Assembly: GCA_021156165.1 (NCBI GenBank)
Contig: JAJNBM010000001.1
Span: 8,577 to 72,576, forward strand
Direction: 5' to 3'
DNA length: 64,000 bases
Source: Gammaproteobacteria bacterium
GTDB lineage: Bacteria; Pseudomonadota; Gammaproteobacteria; UBA1113
Each line of letters starts with the position of its first letter. Positions within the stretch are counted from its first letter, which is position 1. Position numbers and translations under genes: made by a program. Below the pieces are notes generated by a model. That model had not been told where the DNA came from and did no database searches. It saw only the letters and a list, made by a program, of their open reading frames with translations. Below are positions 1-9,406 of this stretch, piece by piece.

Positions 1-117
1 GCGTGGGTAGAAGTAGATATTGCCGCAGTCAAGGGTAAATTTTCTGCAGTACCACAACGCGATGAAGTTCAATTAGAAATCAATGAAAATTTAATCGTTG
101 AATTTTATTCACGATAA
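1..117 (+). CDS. rpsD: 30S ribosomal protein S4, 3' end (partial, runs off window start)
   Basis: Frame-1 translation ...[38 protein letters not shown] resembles S4 C-terminus; it precedes rpoA as in the canonical rpsD-rpoA-rplQ cluster. Confidence 0.6.
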   Translation, partial: AWVEVDIAAVKGKFSAVPQRDEVQLEINENLIVEFYSR

Positions 118-131
118 CCGGGGAGTTTTTT

Positions 132-1238
132 ATGTTGCAAACGAGCTACGAACACAAAGCCTATGACCTGCAAAATCCCTACGAAGTTTTGTCTCCTAGT
201 AATATAGTGGTCAAAGAAATCGGTCGTAGTACCTATGAAATTACATTGGAACCTTTGGAAAGAGGTTTTGGCCACACGTTAGGTCATGTATTGCGCCGCA
301 TCTTATTATCGTCTATGCCTGGAGCTGCTATTATTGAAGTGAAGATCGCTAATGTATTGCACGAATATAGCCCCATGGAAGGTGTGCAAGAAGACGTGAT
401 CGAAGTCTTGCAGAATTTAAAAGGGCTGGCATGTAAAATGCACTTACGTCGTGAAGCCGTTTTAAAATTAAATAAAAAAGGCCCAGGCGTTGTGTATGCA
501 GGGGATATTGAGGTTGATTCTGATGTGGAAATTATCAACAAGAATCATGTTATTGCTCATTTGTCCTCTAATGGTTCTATAGCTTTAGAAGCGAAGTTAG
601 TAATGGGTCGAGGGTATCAGCCCGCTGTGAACCGTTACCAAGATGAAGAAGAGGCTAAACCGGTAGGTATGTTGCTCGTGGACGCTTCCTTTACTCCGGT
701 TAAACGTGTGGCCTATAGGGTTGAGAATGCCCGGGTAGAACAGCGAACCAATCTAGACAAGTTAATTATTGAATTGGAAACCAATGGTGCCATCTCTCCA
801 GATGAAGCTATACGCAATGCGGCTACATTGCTGCAACAACAGTTAATGGCATTTGTGGATTTAAAAGACATTCATGGTCGTTCCGGCCATATGTTCCAAA
901 ATTTAGACCCCTTGTTAATGCGGCCGATTGAGGATTTGGAATTGACAGTGCGCTCCACCAATTGCTTGAAAGCAGAAAACATCTTTTTTGTAGGTGACTT
1001 GATTCAACGCACGGAAACAGACTTATTGAAGATGCCAAATTTAGGTAAGAAATCCCTGACAGAAATTAAGGCTATTTTGGTAGCGAATTCATTATCTTTA
1101 GGTATGCGTGTCGAAAATTGGGTTCAGCCTAGACGTATTATCAAAGCCGATGAAGATTTTGCTAGAAAAGCGGCTGCTGCGGCTGCCGCTTCAGCCGAGC
1201 AAGATGAAAATCAAGAGCAAAGTGATAAAGAACAGTAA
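132..1238 (+). CDS. rpoA: DNA-directed RNA polymerase alpha subunit
   Basis: 368-aa ORF with [25 protein letters not shown] and [10 protein letters not shown]...[12 protein letters not shown] motifs; unusual ~35-aa Ala/acidic C-terminal tail. Confidence 0.95.
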   Translation: MLQTSYEHKAYDLQNPYEVLSPSNIVVKEIGRSTYEITLEPLERGFGHTLGHVLRRILLSSMPGAAIIEVKIANVLHEYSPMEGVQEDVIEVLQNLKGLACKMHLRREAVLKLNKKGPGVVYAGDIEVDSDVEIINKNHVIAHLSSNGSIALEAKLVMGRGYQPAVNRYQDEEEAKPVGMLLVDASFTPVKRVAYRVENARVEQRTNLDKLIIELETNGAISPDEAIRNAATLLQQQLMAFVDLKDIHGRSGHMFQNLDPLLMRPIEDLELTVRSTNCLKAENIFFVGDLIQRTETDLLKMPNLGKKSLTEIKAILVANSLSLGMRVENWVQPRRIIKADEDFARKAAAAAAASAEQDENQEQSDKEQ

Positions 1239-1265
1239 TTTAAATGAACGTGGAAGGATAAGAAA

Positions 1266-1649
1266 ATGCGACATCGTAATAGTGGTAGAAAATTAAATCG
1301 CACCAGTGCTCACCGTAAGGCTATGTTTCAAAATATGGCGGTTTCTTTGTTAGACCATGAGATTATTTCCACAACGCTTCCCAAGGCTAAAGACTTGCGC
1401 GGTATTGTTGAGCCATTGATTTCATTGGCTAAAATAGATTCATTGGCTAATCGTCGTCTGGCTTTTAACCGTTTACGCGATCGCAAAATGGTGACTAAAC
1501 TTTTCAACGAAATTGGTCCTAGATTTAATACTAGACCTGGTGGTTATACCCGAGTGCTGAAAGCAGGTTTTAGACCCGGCGATACAGCTCCTATGGCCAT
1601 TATTGAGCTGGTAGACCGTTTAGATCAAGCGGCCGTAACTGTCGAATAA
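1266..1649 (+). CDS. rplQ: 50S ribosomal protein L17
   Basis: 127-aa [23 protein letters not shown]... typical L17; directly follows rpoA. Confidence 0.95.
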   Translation: MRHRNSGRKLNRTSAHRKAMFQNMAVSLLDHEIISTTLPKAKDLRGIVEPLISLAKIDSLANRRLAFNRLRDRKMVTKLFNEIGPRFNTRPGGYTRVLKAGFRPGDTAPMAIIELVDRLDQAAVTVE

Positions 1650-1656
1650 TATAGGG

Positions 1657-1692
1657 TTTGGGGCGGTTCTTGAGCCGCCCTTTGCCATCTGC
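1657..1692 (+). terminator. GC hairpin (GGGCGGTTCTTGAGCCGCCC) plus short T tract downstream of rplQ; also a REP-like palindrome
   Basis: inverted repeat seen directly in sequence right after the rplQ stop. Confidence 0.4.
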
Positions 1693-1838
1693 GTCCTGCC
1701 TCTATAGCAAAGCTGTCTACCCCCGCCTTGCATTTAACCCCTGGTTGCGTTACAATGATGCTCAATTTATAGGCTATAGCAGGCTGAGTAATGGAAGAAT
1801 TTATTAGAATAAAAGCGAAACATCCTATCCAATCCGTA

Positions 1839-2450
1839 ATGAAGCGCGTATTTGACCTGTTCTTCTCCCTATTGTTGCTACCCCTCTTTTTCTTATTACT
1901 CCCTATCATGGGGTTATTGATCAAAATAGACTCCCCCGGACCTGTTTTTTTTCGTGATGAACGTATGGGGCGGTGGGGACATCCCTTTAAATGCTGGAAA
2001 TTTCGCACTATGGTGGTGAATGCGGATGCGCGCAGTTTGGCCTTGAGCGCACAAGATGAACGAATTACCCGTGTAGGGCAATGGTTGCGTAAGACCAGTT
2101 TAGACGAATTGCCGCAGGTTATACATATTCTCTTAGGGCAAATGTCTTTTGTGGGTCCTAGACCGCCCATACTGTGTTTAGCGGAAAAATACACGCCGCA
2201 TCAGGCGCAACGCTTACAAATGCGCCCTGGTTTAACGGGTTGGGCACAGATTAGCGGCCGTAATATCTTGCCCTATGAAGAGCGCTTAGAATACGATGTT
2301 TGGTATGTACAAAATTGGAGCATTTTATTGGATCTGAAAATTCTACTCAAAACGCCTGGCGTCGTATTAAGCCAAAAAGGAGTTTATCAAATAACTCATG
2401 GCGTTGAAAAAGCTGTTGTTTCTACAACATTGCCGATAAATCAAGAATAG
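1839..2450 (+). CDS. bacterial sugar transferase (undecaprenyl-phosphate sugar phosphotransferase, WbaP/WcaJ/PglC family)
   Basis: N-terminal TM helix, then PGLTGWAQISGRN and DELPQ motifs typical of PF02397; start moved to the MKRVFD internal ATG. Confidence 0.8.
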   Translation: MKRVFDLFFSLLLLPLFFLLLPIMGLLIKIDSPGPVFFRDERMGRWGHPFKCWKFRTMVVNADARSLALSAQDERITRVGQWLRKTSLDELPQVIHILLGQMSFVGPRPPILCLAEKYTPHQAQRLQMRPGLTGWAQISGRNILPYEERLEYDVWYVQNWSILLDLKILLKTPGVVLSQKGVYQITHGVEKAVVSTTLPINQE

Positions 2451-2562
2451 GGAAAACAGTCCCTGTTATATATGATCATAAAATGATCAAAATATTGAAG
2501 TCCGAACCATTTTCCAGTATAATATTTCCAACTTAAAAGCATGCGTTACACGATGCTATTTA

Positions 2563-2727
2563 TAGGGCCTGTAGCCATTCGGTTTGTCGAAGCGAAAAAT
2601 GAATAAAGCCAGGTAAAATAGTAGCAAATTTGAGAAGAATATCGAGCTATATTTGACGAAAATTTGCCCATATTGGGACTGCTTTATTCATTTTGCAGCC
2701 GATAAACTAAAGGGCTACAGGCCCTAA
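2563..2727. repeat. MITE-like element, family A copy 1 (TIRs TAGGGCCTGTAGCCAT / ATGGCTACAGGCCCTA)
   Basis: 165-bp element with about 16-bp terminal inverted repeats; near-identical inverted copy at 20521..20686 and solo TIR at 25099. Confidence 0.7.
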
Positions 2728-2798
2728 TACATTGTTTACTTAGGACCCGCCTCACGGGCTTATTATCTAGACAGTGAGGTCATACACAGGAGAAAAAA

Positions 2799-3428
2799 AT
2801 GACGGTTGTAGCCAATAAACGATCACTAATGTCTTTGTACTCGGAACCTACCGATCTGCAATCGCATTGTGTGCGTATTGTTATTGCCGAAAAAGCTTTA
2901 GCGGTAGACATCATTGATCTTAAATTTGAAGATCGTGCTGAGGAGCTATTGAGTCTCAATCCATACCAATCGGTACCCACCTTGGTGGATAAAAATTTGG
3001 TTTTATATCAACTGAATATCATATTAGAGTATTTAGATGAACGTTTTCCTCATCCCCCTTTAATGCCAGTTTATCCCGTAGCACGTGCAGAAACGCGGTT
3101 ACGTTTATCCCGTATTGAAAAAGATTTATTTGGACTGTATCAGCAGGTAATGACAGCCAAAGAAGAGGTTTATAGGGATGTGGCTCGGCAACAATTGCGC
3201 GATTCTTTGATTACCATTGCGCCTGCATTCAAGAATAACGCTTATTTTTTAAGTGATGATTTGACTCTAGTGGATTGTTGTCTATCGGCATTATTGTGGC
3301 GTTTATCTTATGCTGGTATCGAATTGCCGAATCATGCACGTGCAGTCACAGAATATGCGCAACGAATGTTTGAACGTGAAACATTTTACACGAGTTTAAG
3401 CAGCGCTGAACATGAAATGTTAGTTTAA
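2799..3428 (+). CDS. sspA: stringent starvation protein A (GST-like)
   Basis: 209-aa GST-fold protein followed directly by sspB, conserved sspAB operon. Confidence 0.9.
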   Translation: MTVVANKRSLMSLYSEPTDLQSHCVRIVIAEKALAVDIIDLKFEDRAEELLSLNPYQSVPTLVDKNLVLYQLNIILEYLDERFPHPPLMPVYPVARAETRLRLSRIEKDLFGLYQQVMTAKEEVYRDVARQQLRDSLITIAPAFKNNAYFLSDDLTLVDCCLSALLWRLSYAGIELPNHARAVTEYAQRMFERETFYTSLSSAEHEMLV

Positions 3429-3442
3429 GGAGAATAGTTTTT

Positions 3443-3877
3443 ATGGCCACTTCAACCAAACCTTACCTGGTACGGGCTTTATACGAATGGATGTTGGATA
3501 ATAATTTAACCCCCTTTGTCGCTTTAGACACGAATGTTCCTGGAGTAAAGGTCCCGGTGCAATATATTAAAGATGGGCAAATTGTTTTGAATATTTCCCC
3601 TACCGCAACTCAAGACTTAAGCTTAAATAACCAAAATTTATCATTTTGTGCTAGTTTCTCGGGTCTTTCATGCAATATAGAAGCGCCCATGCGTGCTTTA
3701 ACCATGATTTATGCTAAAGAAACGGGGCAGGGTATGGCTTTCGATATTAGCATTGAGGAGGAGGATGAAGGAGATAACGGGGGCGGTACTCTGGGTGCAC
3801 ATAAATCGAATACAGAGACTAAACCGCTGGCAGCGAAAGGCAAGGCTAAGAAGCCTACTTTAAAAGTGGTAAAATAA
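3443..3877 (+). CDS. sspB: ClpXP adaptor stringent starvation protein B
   Basis: PYLVRALYEWMLDNNLTP...DGQIVLNISP motif characteristic of SspB. Confidence 0.9.
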   Translation: MATSTKPYLVRALYEWMLDNNLTPFVALDTNVPGVKVPVQYIKDGQIVLNISPTATQDLSLNNQNLSFCASFSGLSCNIEAPMRALTMIYAKETGQGMAFDISIEEEDEGDNGGGTLGAHKSNTETKPLAAKGKAKKPTLKVVK

Positions 3878-3882
3878 AAAGC

Positions 3883-3946
3883 GTAGGGAGGTCCTCGCGC
3901 CTGCCAAAATAGAGCGTGTAGGGGCAGGCCCCCGTGCCTGCCCAAG
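3883..3946. repeat. REP-like palindromic units (GTAGGGAGGTCCTCGCGCCTGCC + GTAGGGGCAGGCCCCCGTGCCTGCCC), family B
   Basis: same palindromic core recurs at 4943, 53703, 56950 and 62948. Confidence 0.7.
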
Positions 3947-4046
3947 CAAGGATAAATAAAGCGCCCTAGGCTAACCCCCCTATTTTATGATATCATTATC
4001 TTAGTTTAATTCAATTAATCGTCTTATGACGGGGAGCAGTCCTATC

Positions 4047-4910
4047 ATGAATAAAACATTGCAAATCAAAGAGATGGCGCTACCACTAGGCAGCTTAGAG
4101 GCGTATATTCAGCGTGCTTATGATGTAGCGGTGTTAACAGAAGCAGAAGAGGCCGCTCTAACTTTACGCTTTTACGAACAGGGCGATTTAGATGCTGCGC
4201 GGCAACTGATTGTGGCGCATCTGCGTTTTGTGGTGCGTATAGCCAATGGTTATTTAGGCTATGGTCTGCCTTTAAGCGATTTAATTCAAGAAGGCAACAT
4301 CGGCTTGATGAAAGCGGTTAAGCGCTTTAATCCCCACATGGGTGTGCGTTTGGTCTCTTTCGCCATTCACTGGATTAAAGCTGAAATTCACGAGTTTATA
4401 ATCCGCAATTGGCGTATTGTTAAAGTAGCAACGACCAAAGCGCAGCGTAAATTATTTTTTAATCTGCGTAATGCTAGAAAAGAAATAGGCGTTTCTTTTA
4501 CTGCCGAGGAAGTGGCTGCTTTGGCTGCGGAACTCAATGTCTCTCATAAAGATGTACGTGAAATGGAAATGCGTATGTATGCGCACGATATGGCCTTTGA
4601 TGCACAAGACGATGATGAAGAGGGCAGCACAGCTCCAGCGCATTATTTAGAAGACATGCGTTTTGCCCCTAGCCTGCAAATTGAGAATAGCGACGAAGCC
4701 GATCACAGTCGGCAAAATCTCTACGCTGCCTTAGAAAATTTAGATGAGCGTAGCCGTGATATTGTGAGTGCGCGTTGGTTAGTGGATAAAAAGGAAACTC
4801 TAGAAGATTTAGCTGCTCGTTATCAAATTTCAGCAGAGCGCGTACGTCAAATCGAAAAGAGTGCAATGTTAAAATTAAAAAACCATATGCGTGAAGCTGT
4901 AGAGGCTTAA
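4047..4910 (+). CDS. rpoH: RNA polymerase sigma-32 heat shock sigma factor
   Basis: [38 protein letters not shown] and QRKLFFNLR (RpoH box) motifs; start set to internal ATG by alignment length. Confidence 0.9.
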   Translation: MNKTLQIKEMALPLGSLEAYIQRAYDVAVLTEAEEAALTLRFYEQGDLDAARQLIVAHLRFVVRIANGYLGYGLPLSDLIQEGNIGLMKAVKRFNPHMGVRLVSFAIHWIKAEIHEFIIRNWRIVKVATTKAQRKLFFNLRNARKEIGVSFTAEEVAALAAELNVSHKDVREMEMRMYAHDMAFDAQDDDEEGSTAPAHYLEDMRFAPSLQIENSDEADHSRQNLYAALENLDERSRDIVSARWLVDKKETLEDLAARYQISAERVRQIEKSAMLKLKNHMREAVEA

Positions 4911-4942
4911 GGCCGGCTGTAGCGGCCTATATTTTACGAAAC

Positions 4943-4988
4943 TCGTAGGGGCAGGCCCCCGTGCCTGCCCTAGTTAGGGCAACTACGA
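4943..4988. repeat. REP-like palindrome TCGTAGGGGCAGGCCCCCGTGCCTGCCC...CTACGA, family B
   Basis: direct sequence identity to the 3918 unit; overlaps the spurious 5' extension of ORF 4961. Confidence 0.7.
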
Positions 4989-4999
4989 AGGGTAAAACC

Positions 5000-5575
5000 A
5001 TGAAAAGGACATTTTGTTACATCACGGCGCTGTGGTTAATAACCCCCTTATCGTGGGCAACGTTTTGCAATACCTCACGAGGAAGCAATGGCTGGATTGA
5101 ACAGGGTATGAGCCAGCAACAGGTTATAGCGGCTTGTGGGCAGCCCGATAGCACAGCAGAAATAGATAAAACCAATAACCGCCTGGATGCCACTCAATAT
5201 TGGAACTACCAAGGACAAAGCGTGCAATTGGTGCCGCAATCTTCATGGCCAGCCCCCACGCCCTATGGCGCCGCAAAGGCGAATAATACAGCCAATGCGT
5301 TGGTGGTCGAGATTAATAATAATGTTGTGAGCAGTTTAGCGGTGAATGGTAAGCTGGTTTCATCGGGCAGTTGCCCGAATGGGGGTTCTGTACGCGTAGG
5401 CGATAGTGCAAATAGGGTGATGTCGAGTTGTGGTACAGCGACACAAGTCAGTTATCAATATCAAAAAAATAACTCGGCATCACCCCCCATCACACAATGG
5501 ACATATCAATTACATGGAGGCCGATCTTTAACGATACAATTTCAACAGGGCGTGGTGAGTGAGCTTAATCAGTAA
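5000..5575 (+). CDS. hypothetical secreted/lipoprotein-like protein
   Basis: N-terminal signal peptide [20 protein letters not shown]; no recognisable domain; start moved past the REP element. Confidence 0.45.
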   Translation: MKRTFCYITALWLITPLSWATFCNTSRGSNGWIEQGMSQQQVIAACGQPDSTAEIDKTNNRLDATQYWNYQGQSVQLVPQSSWPAPTPYGAAKANNTANALVVEINNNVVSSLAVNGKLVSSGSCPNGGSVRVGDSANRVMSSCGTATQVSYQYQKNNSASPPITQWTYQLHGGRSLTIQFQQGVVSELNQ

Positions 5576-6602
5576 TAGAGTCTTAGGTATAGAAACTTCT
5601 TGCGATGAAACCGGTATTGCCCTGTACGACAGCGAACACGGTATTATAGCCGAGGCACTGTATAGCCAAGTGGAATTGCATCGACGTTATGGTGGCGTGG
5701 TTCCTGAATTAGCCTCGCGCGATCACATACAAAAAACGCTTCCACTCATTGAAACCGTCTTAAACAAAGCGGGATTGACCGCGCAAGATTTAAATGGCGT
5801 GGCGTATACCGCAGGCCCCGGTTTAGTGGGTGCTTTATTAGTAGGGGCTTTATTAGGCCGTAGTATTGCCTATGGCTTAAATATCCCCGCTATAGGGGTA
5901 CATCATATGGAAGGGCATTTATTAGCGGCTTTATTAGAAAAAGAAAAACCAGAACTGCCTTTTTTAGCTTTACTGGTTTCAGGTGGTCATACGTTATTAG
6001 TTGAAGTTGCAGCCTTAGGGGTTTATAGAGTATTAGGACAATCCATAGATGATGCTGTAGGTGAAGCTTTTGATAAAACAGCCAAGTTATTGGGTTTAGG
6101 CTATCCCGGTGGCCCCGCATTAGCGCGACTGGCCGAAAAAGGCGATGCCAAACGGTTTTATTTTCCGCGTCCTATGAGCGACAAAGCACATTTAGATTTT
6201 AGTTTTAGCGGCCTTAAAACGCATGCCATGGTAACGTATAAAGTCTTATTAGCAAAGGGCGAAGACAATGAACAAGCACGTGCCGATATTGCCGCGGCTT
6301 TTCAAGAAGCCGCAGTAGACACTTTGTTGCTTAAATGCAAAAGAGCATTAACTCAAACGGGCTTGAAGCAATTAGTTGTTGCCGGGGGTGTGAGCGCTAA
6401 CAGCTTATTACGCCACAATCTCCAACAATTTATGCAACAGCAGGGTGGAAAGGTATTTTTCCCGCGCTTAGAATATTGCACTGATAATGGTGCCATGATT
6501 GCCTATGCGGGATATTTGCGCTTACAGGCGGGTGAATCCGCCGGATTGACGGTAGGCGTAAAACCGCGTTGGCCCTTGAATGAATTGAAGGCGATAGTGT
6601 AG
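5559..6602 (+). CDS. tsaD: tRNA N6-adenosine threonylcarbamoyltransferase (Gcp/YgjD)
   Basis: [25 protein letters not shown] and VSGGVSAN motifs; stop codon TAG lies inside the following repeat. Confidence 0.9.
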   Translation: MSLISNRVLGIETSCDETGIALYDSEHGIIAEALYSQVELHRRYGGVVPELASRDHIQKTLPLIETVLNKAGLTAQDLNGVAYTAGPGLVGALLVGALLGRSIAYGLNIPAIGVHHMEGHLLAALLEKEKPELPFLALLVSGGHTLLVEVAALGVYRVLGQSIDDAVGEAFDKTAKLLGLGYPGGPALARLAEKGDAKRFYFPRPMSDKAHLDFSFSGLKTHAMVTYKVLLAKGEDNEQARADIAAAFQEAAVDTLLLKCKRALTQTGLKQLVVAGGVSANSLLRHNLQQFMQQQGGKVFFPRLEYCTDNGAMIAYAGYLRLQAGESAGLTVGVKPRWPLNELKAIV

Positions 6603-7005
6603 GGGCAGCTCGCGAGCTGAGCGATCCCCACGAATATAATAACATCAAGATTAAGGTATAAAGTTGCACGGGAAGCTGCTTACAGCAAAGCCCGTCATTG
6701 CGAGCAAACGAGTGCTGAATATAGAATATTTCTATGAGTGATGATACCAATGGAAAGATTAAACTGTACGAAACTAGCCGAGTGCAGCGCGGCAATCCAG
6801 GAAAATGTTCAGCGATAAAAAGGAGCATCCTGTACGATAGGCTAATAAAGCAAAGCCAAACTTACAACCCCAGGGCGTTAACCTCTGGATTGCCGTGCCT
6901 GTTCGCTGCGCTCACTGGCTCGCAATGACAAAGTTCTGCGCAATTCTTACTTTTTAACATCTTACCGGCTCTATTCGTGGGAGGGGCTCAGCTCGCGAGT
7001 CGCCC
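6598..7005. mobile_element. composite/nested MITE: outer TIRs GTAGGGGCAGCTCGCGAGCTGAGCGATCCCCACGAA / TTCGTGGGAGGGGCTCAGCTCGCGAGTCGCCC enclosing a family C element (6694..6929, TIRs GTCATTGCGAGC / GCTCGCAATGAC)
   Basis: inverted repeats read directly; inner element shares TIRs and the internal GGCAATCCAGGAAAAT motif with the element at 40646..40822; ORFs 6430..6828 and 6734..6928 are read-through artefacts. Confidence 0.6.
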
Positions 7006-7024
7006 AAAATCTACCAAAAACCAT

Positions 7025-9376
7025 TTAATCTTGGATCAACTCTTGGTACTGCTCAGCCAAGAGGGTTACTTCGCCATAAACCAAGGAAAATAACAGGTCT
7101 ATTTTTCTTAGATCAGAGCTGCGCCTTACTTCCTCGTGCAATATTTTGAAGGATTCTTCCAAACGAGGGGTGCCGCTATAATATAAACCGCCACGTATTT
7201 TATGCAAGATTTCACGCACTTTTTCAATATTATTTTCCTTTTCGGCTTCTTGTAACAACGGAATATCCTCGTCCAAGGTGTGGAGTAAAATTCCTAAGGC
7301 TTCGAGAACGGTTTCTTCTTTTCTTGCTCCAATCCGTTGCATGCCTAAGGCTAAATCGATCACGGGCAAGCCTTCATCCTGTTCTGTACCCAGTGCGGGA
7401 TAGATATTTAGAATCTCTACAGCAATGTCTGTGCCCAAGGGTTTTGTTTCCGCCATCGAGAAACCTGCAGCCATCGCTGTACGCAATTTTTCTGCATCCT
7501 TATGTGCCGTCATGGCAACAAAAGGGGTTTCATGGTTCAACGCTTCTTTGTCATTTTTCATTTGCGCTACAATATCGCAACCCGAGCCATCCGGTAAGCC
7601 TAAATCGCAAATGACGAGATCATAACGCTTGACGGCCAATTTTTCTAGGGTTTCGGCCACCGTTTCCGCACAATCAATCTTGCTTGTATAGGCAGACAGT
7701 AAATTCTTTTCAGCAAAAAGGCAGGTTTTGTCATCTTCCACGATTAACAGTTCATGTGTAAAGGGTGTTTTAGGGAGAAATTGTTGTGCGGTCTTTGCTT
7801 TTACAGACTGTTTTTCTACGCTTTGTTGGGCTAAAGGCGATCGGAAGCATTCATTGATTTCTATGGTGGGTTTACGAATATCCTCCCAACGTACTTTAAA
7901 GGGAACGCTCAATTTAAAACAAGTGCCGCTGTGTTCCTGGCTGTGCACCTCGATATCGCCATCGAGTTCATCTACAAAAGTTTTAACCACATATAAACCC
8001 AAACCGGTTCCAGGGTATTTGTTGCTATTAGACAGCACCGCGCGGCTGAATTTATCATAAATACTTTTGACTTTATCACCCGTAATACCTATACCGGTGT
8101 CTTTTATTTCTAGCGTCAATACGCCACGGCGCCCGCCTTCTTCCGATTTTGCATCGATGTTGACGGTGACCTCACCCTTGTGGGTAAATTTGATGGCATT
8201 GCCGATTAAATTAACCAGTATACGGTTTAAGCGAAATTCATCCCCGAGGATTTGCGCGGGAACAGAAGCCGTCACCTTAAAATGCAATAACAGATCTTTA
8301 GTAAAAGCGGCGGGTTTATTGAGTTCAATTACCGATTGCGCCAGCTCGCGTATATCCAGGGCCTTTTCCAGTATAGGGCGGGTATTGCCGCTCAAATCAC
8401 CAAATTCAACCGCATCGTTGCACAGATCCAACAATCTTTTGCTGGCTGCAACCGCCATGTCTAAGGCTTCTTTTTTATCGGGATCCGTTTCTGCCTGAGC
8501 CAATACGTTTAACACGCCCCATAAACCTGACGAAGGTGTACGAATGTCGTGTTGCATGTTTTGCACGAATTCGGTTTTTGCTTTGCTGGCGGCTTCGGCT
8601 TGTTCTTTGGCTTTTTTCAATTCCGTAATATCGACCGAGATACCTAAGAGGCCGATGACTTCGCCTTTATTATCATGTAAGGGTTTCTTTTGGGAGAGGT
8701 AAGTAACTTCTTTACCATCTACTAACATTGCAGATTCTTCAAATACTCTCGCTACATCGCTCTCCATGATGGCTTTATCTGCTTCATTTATGATGGCAGC
8801 TTGTTCACGTCTTATATGTTCCGGTAAATTTTTGTTGAGTAGATCATAATCACTTTTGCCTACTATTTCTTGTCGCGACCGCAAACCCGCATCAACAGCC
8901 TGTTGTTCATTGCAACCTAATAGGTTGCAATTTCTATCCTTCCAATACACATGGCCTGGTATGGCAGCAATAATTTCATCCAATATATGATGAGCTCTAT
9001 CCATATAATCTTTGTATTCTTTAAAGTTTACCGATACCCCTAGAATGCCAATAACTTTATTATCTTTGTCATGCAAAGGTATTTTTTTAGAGATATAATC
9101 ATCTTCTTCAAAGGTAGCTGCAATCCCGCTTTGCATCACCTTGAGGTCATTATTTCTGCATTCTTCCGCAACTTTCAGTGGCAGAAAATCATAATCTGTT
9201 TTCCCTATCAATTCTTCGGAAGAGTTAAAGCCCAAATCTACAGCTTGGCTTTGATTACAACCCAAAAAATACCCATCTTTGTCTTTCCAGTAAATATGCC
9301 CCGGGATAAGGTTCAAAATCTCCATAACATCAATTTTATTTAACGTAGACAAAACCTTTTTCTTATTCTTACTCAT
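7025..9376 (-). CDS. hybrid sensor histidine kinase (tandem PAS, HisKA, HATPase, receiver, Hpt)
   Basis: two PAS-like repeats (GHIYWKD..G.NQ.QAVD.G), H-box HDIRTPSSGL, G-boxes, receiver LIVEDDK...DLVICDLGLPDGSG, C-terminal Hpt LHKIRGGLYYSG; no obvious TM segment. Confidence 0.85.
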   Translation of the reverse strand: MSKNKKKVLSTLNKIDVMEILNLIPGHIYWKDKDGYFLGCNQSQAVDLGFNSSEELIGKTDYDFLPLKVAEECRNNDLKVMQSGIAATFEEDDYISKKIPLHDKDNKVIGILGVSVNFKEYKDYMDRAHHILDEIIAAIPGHVYWKDRNCNLLGCNEQQAVDAGLRSRQEIVGKSDYDLLNKNLPEHIRREQAAIINEADKAIMESDVARVFEESAMLVDGKEVTYLSQKKPLHDNKGEVIGLLGISVDITELKKAKEQAEAASKAKTEFVQNMQHDIRTPSSGLWGVLNVLAQAETDPDKKEALDMAVAASKRLLDLCNDAVEFGDLSGNTRPILEKALDIRELAQSVIELNKPAAFTKDLLLHFKVTASVPAQILGDEFRLNRILVNLIGNAIKFTHKGEVTVNIDAKSEEGGRRGVLTLEIKDTGIGITGDKVKSIYDKFSRAVLSNSNKYPGTGLGLYVVKTFVDELDGDIEVHSQEHSGTCFKLSVPFKVRWEDIRKPTIEINECFRSPLAQQSVEKQSVKAKTAQQFLPKTPFTHELLIVEDDKTCLFAEKNLLSAYTSKIDCAETVAETLEKLAVKRYDLVICDLGLPDGSGCDIVAQMKNDKEALNHETPFVAMTAHKDAEKLRTAMAAGFSMAETKPLGTDIAVEILNIYPALGTEQDEGLPVIDLALGMQRIGARKEETVLEALGILLHTLDEDIPLLQEAEKENNIEKVREILHKIRGGLYYSGTPRLEESFKILHEEVRRSSDLRKIDLLFSLVYGEVTLLAEQYQELIQD

Positions 9377-9406
9377 CTCTTAAACACTCCCTAAAATCTA
9401 TTAATA

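Noticed and set aside
284-541. 85-aa minus-strand ORF inside rpoA
   Set aside because: Lies antisense within a highly conserved gene; no SD; typical shadow ORF. The same applies to 823..1038.
1625-2194. 189-aa minus-strand ORF overlapping rplQ end and the sugar transferase gene
   Set aside because: Antisense to a gene with clear family motifs (PGLTGWAQISGRN); composition-driven artefact.
4961-4999. 5' extension of ORF 4961 (MPALVRATTKGKT)
   Set aside because: The extension is a translation of the REP-like palindrome; the true start is the MKRTF signal peptide methionine at 5000.
6430-6928. ORFs 6430..6828 (-) and 6734..6928 (+)
   Set aside because: Both lie entirely within the nested MITE between tsaD and the hybrid kinase; repeat read-through.
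7324-9343. Several plus-strand ORFs (7324, 7425, 7728, 8067, 9071) inside the hybrid kinase gene
   Set aside because: Antisense to a 783-aa ORF with complete PAS/HisKA/HATPase/REC/Hpt domain order.
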